A program made the translations under genes and the position numbers. The notes under the pieces were generated by a model. It made no database searches and was not told the DNA's origin. It was given only the letters and a program-made list of their open reading frames with translations. Below are positions 16,740 to 16,817 of a stretch of DNA of 16,817 nt, in pieces; within the stretch, counting starts at the first letter, position 1, and each line of letters begins with the position of its first letter. Origin of the DNA: Candidatus Ratteibacteria bacterium (GTDB taxonomy: Bacteria > Ratteibacteria > UBA8468 > B48-G9 > JAFGKM01); contig JBKBIN010000030.1 of the NCBI GenBank assembly GCA_046296715.1, positions 1 through 16,817 of the forward strand. The letters are read 5' to 3'.

Positions 16740-16817
16740 TCTCTTTCAGGTTAGGACATAGTATACAGGTAGATAATAAAATATGGTATAGAAGGAAGGT
16801 TGAAGTTTTTATTCCAA
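16740..16817 (+). pseudogene. Possible frameshifted remnant of a GH2 N-terminal sugar-binding domain
   Basis: TCT CTT TCA GGT (SLSG, 16740-16751) is followed in the -1 frame by LGHSIQVDNKIWYRRKVEVFIP to the window edge. This resembles the GH2 motif 'ESxLSGIG...WYRRxFxVP'. It is short and has no start. Confidence 0.35.

Noticed and set aside
16799..16817. GTTGAAGTTTTTATTCCAA at the window edge as the start of a CRISPR repeat
   Set aside because: It is a single copy with no array or cas genes in the window, and the bases fit a protein-like frame.
1..16817. Mobile elements, tRNA/rRNA, riboswitches, defence systems
   Set aside because: No transposase/integrase motifs, terminal inverted repeats or structured GC-rich segments were seen. 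Internal intergenic gaps are all under 50 nt and base composition looks uniform.

Overview
This is a very AT-rich bacterial window that looks like a carbohydrate-scavenging region around one housekeeping gene. The + strand carries, in order: a 5'-truncated putative glycoside-hydrolase-like gene; a ~3.5 kb gene for a secreted CBM9-like + DUF6067/GH123-like protein; a URO-D/MtaA-superfamily gene; a DUF3604/PHP-like metallohydrolase; and an IclR regulator coupled to two alkaline-phosphatase-superfamily enzymes. The 3.5 kb gene is split into four ORFs in the track but is one reading frame broken by three single-base lesions (TGA at 811, TAA at 2161, a 1-nt loss in a T run at 3192-3197). The first AlkP-superfamily enzyme is a sulfatase-fold protein with Thr instead of Cys/Ser at the formylglycine position, and the second is NPP-type. 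Next comes mfd with an apparently shortened C-terminal D7 domain. A secreted GH2-family hydrolase on the - strand converges on mfd, and a possible GH2 relic lies at the right edge. I saw no rRNA, tRNA, CRISPR array or mobile element. All family calls come from motif recognition by eye, not database searches.
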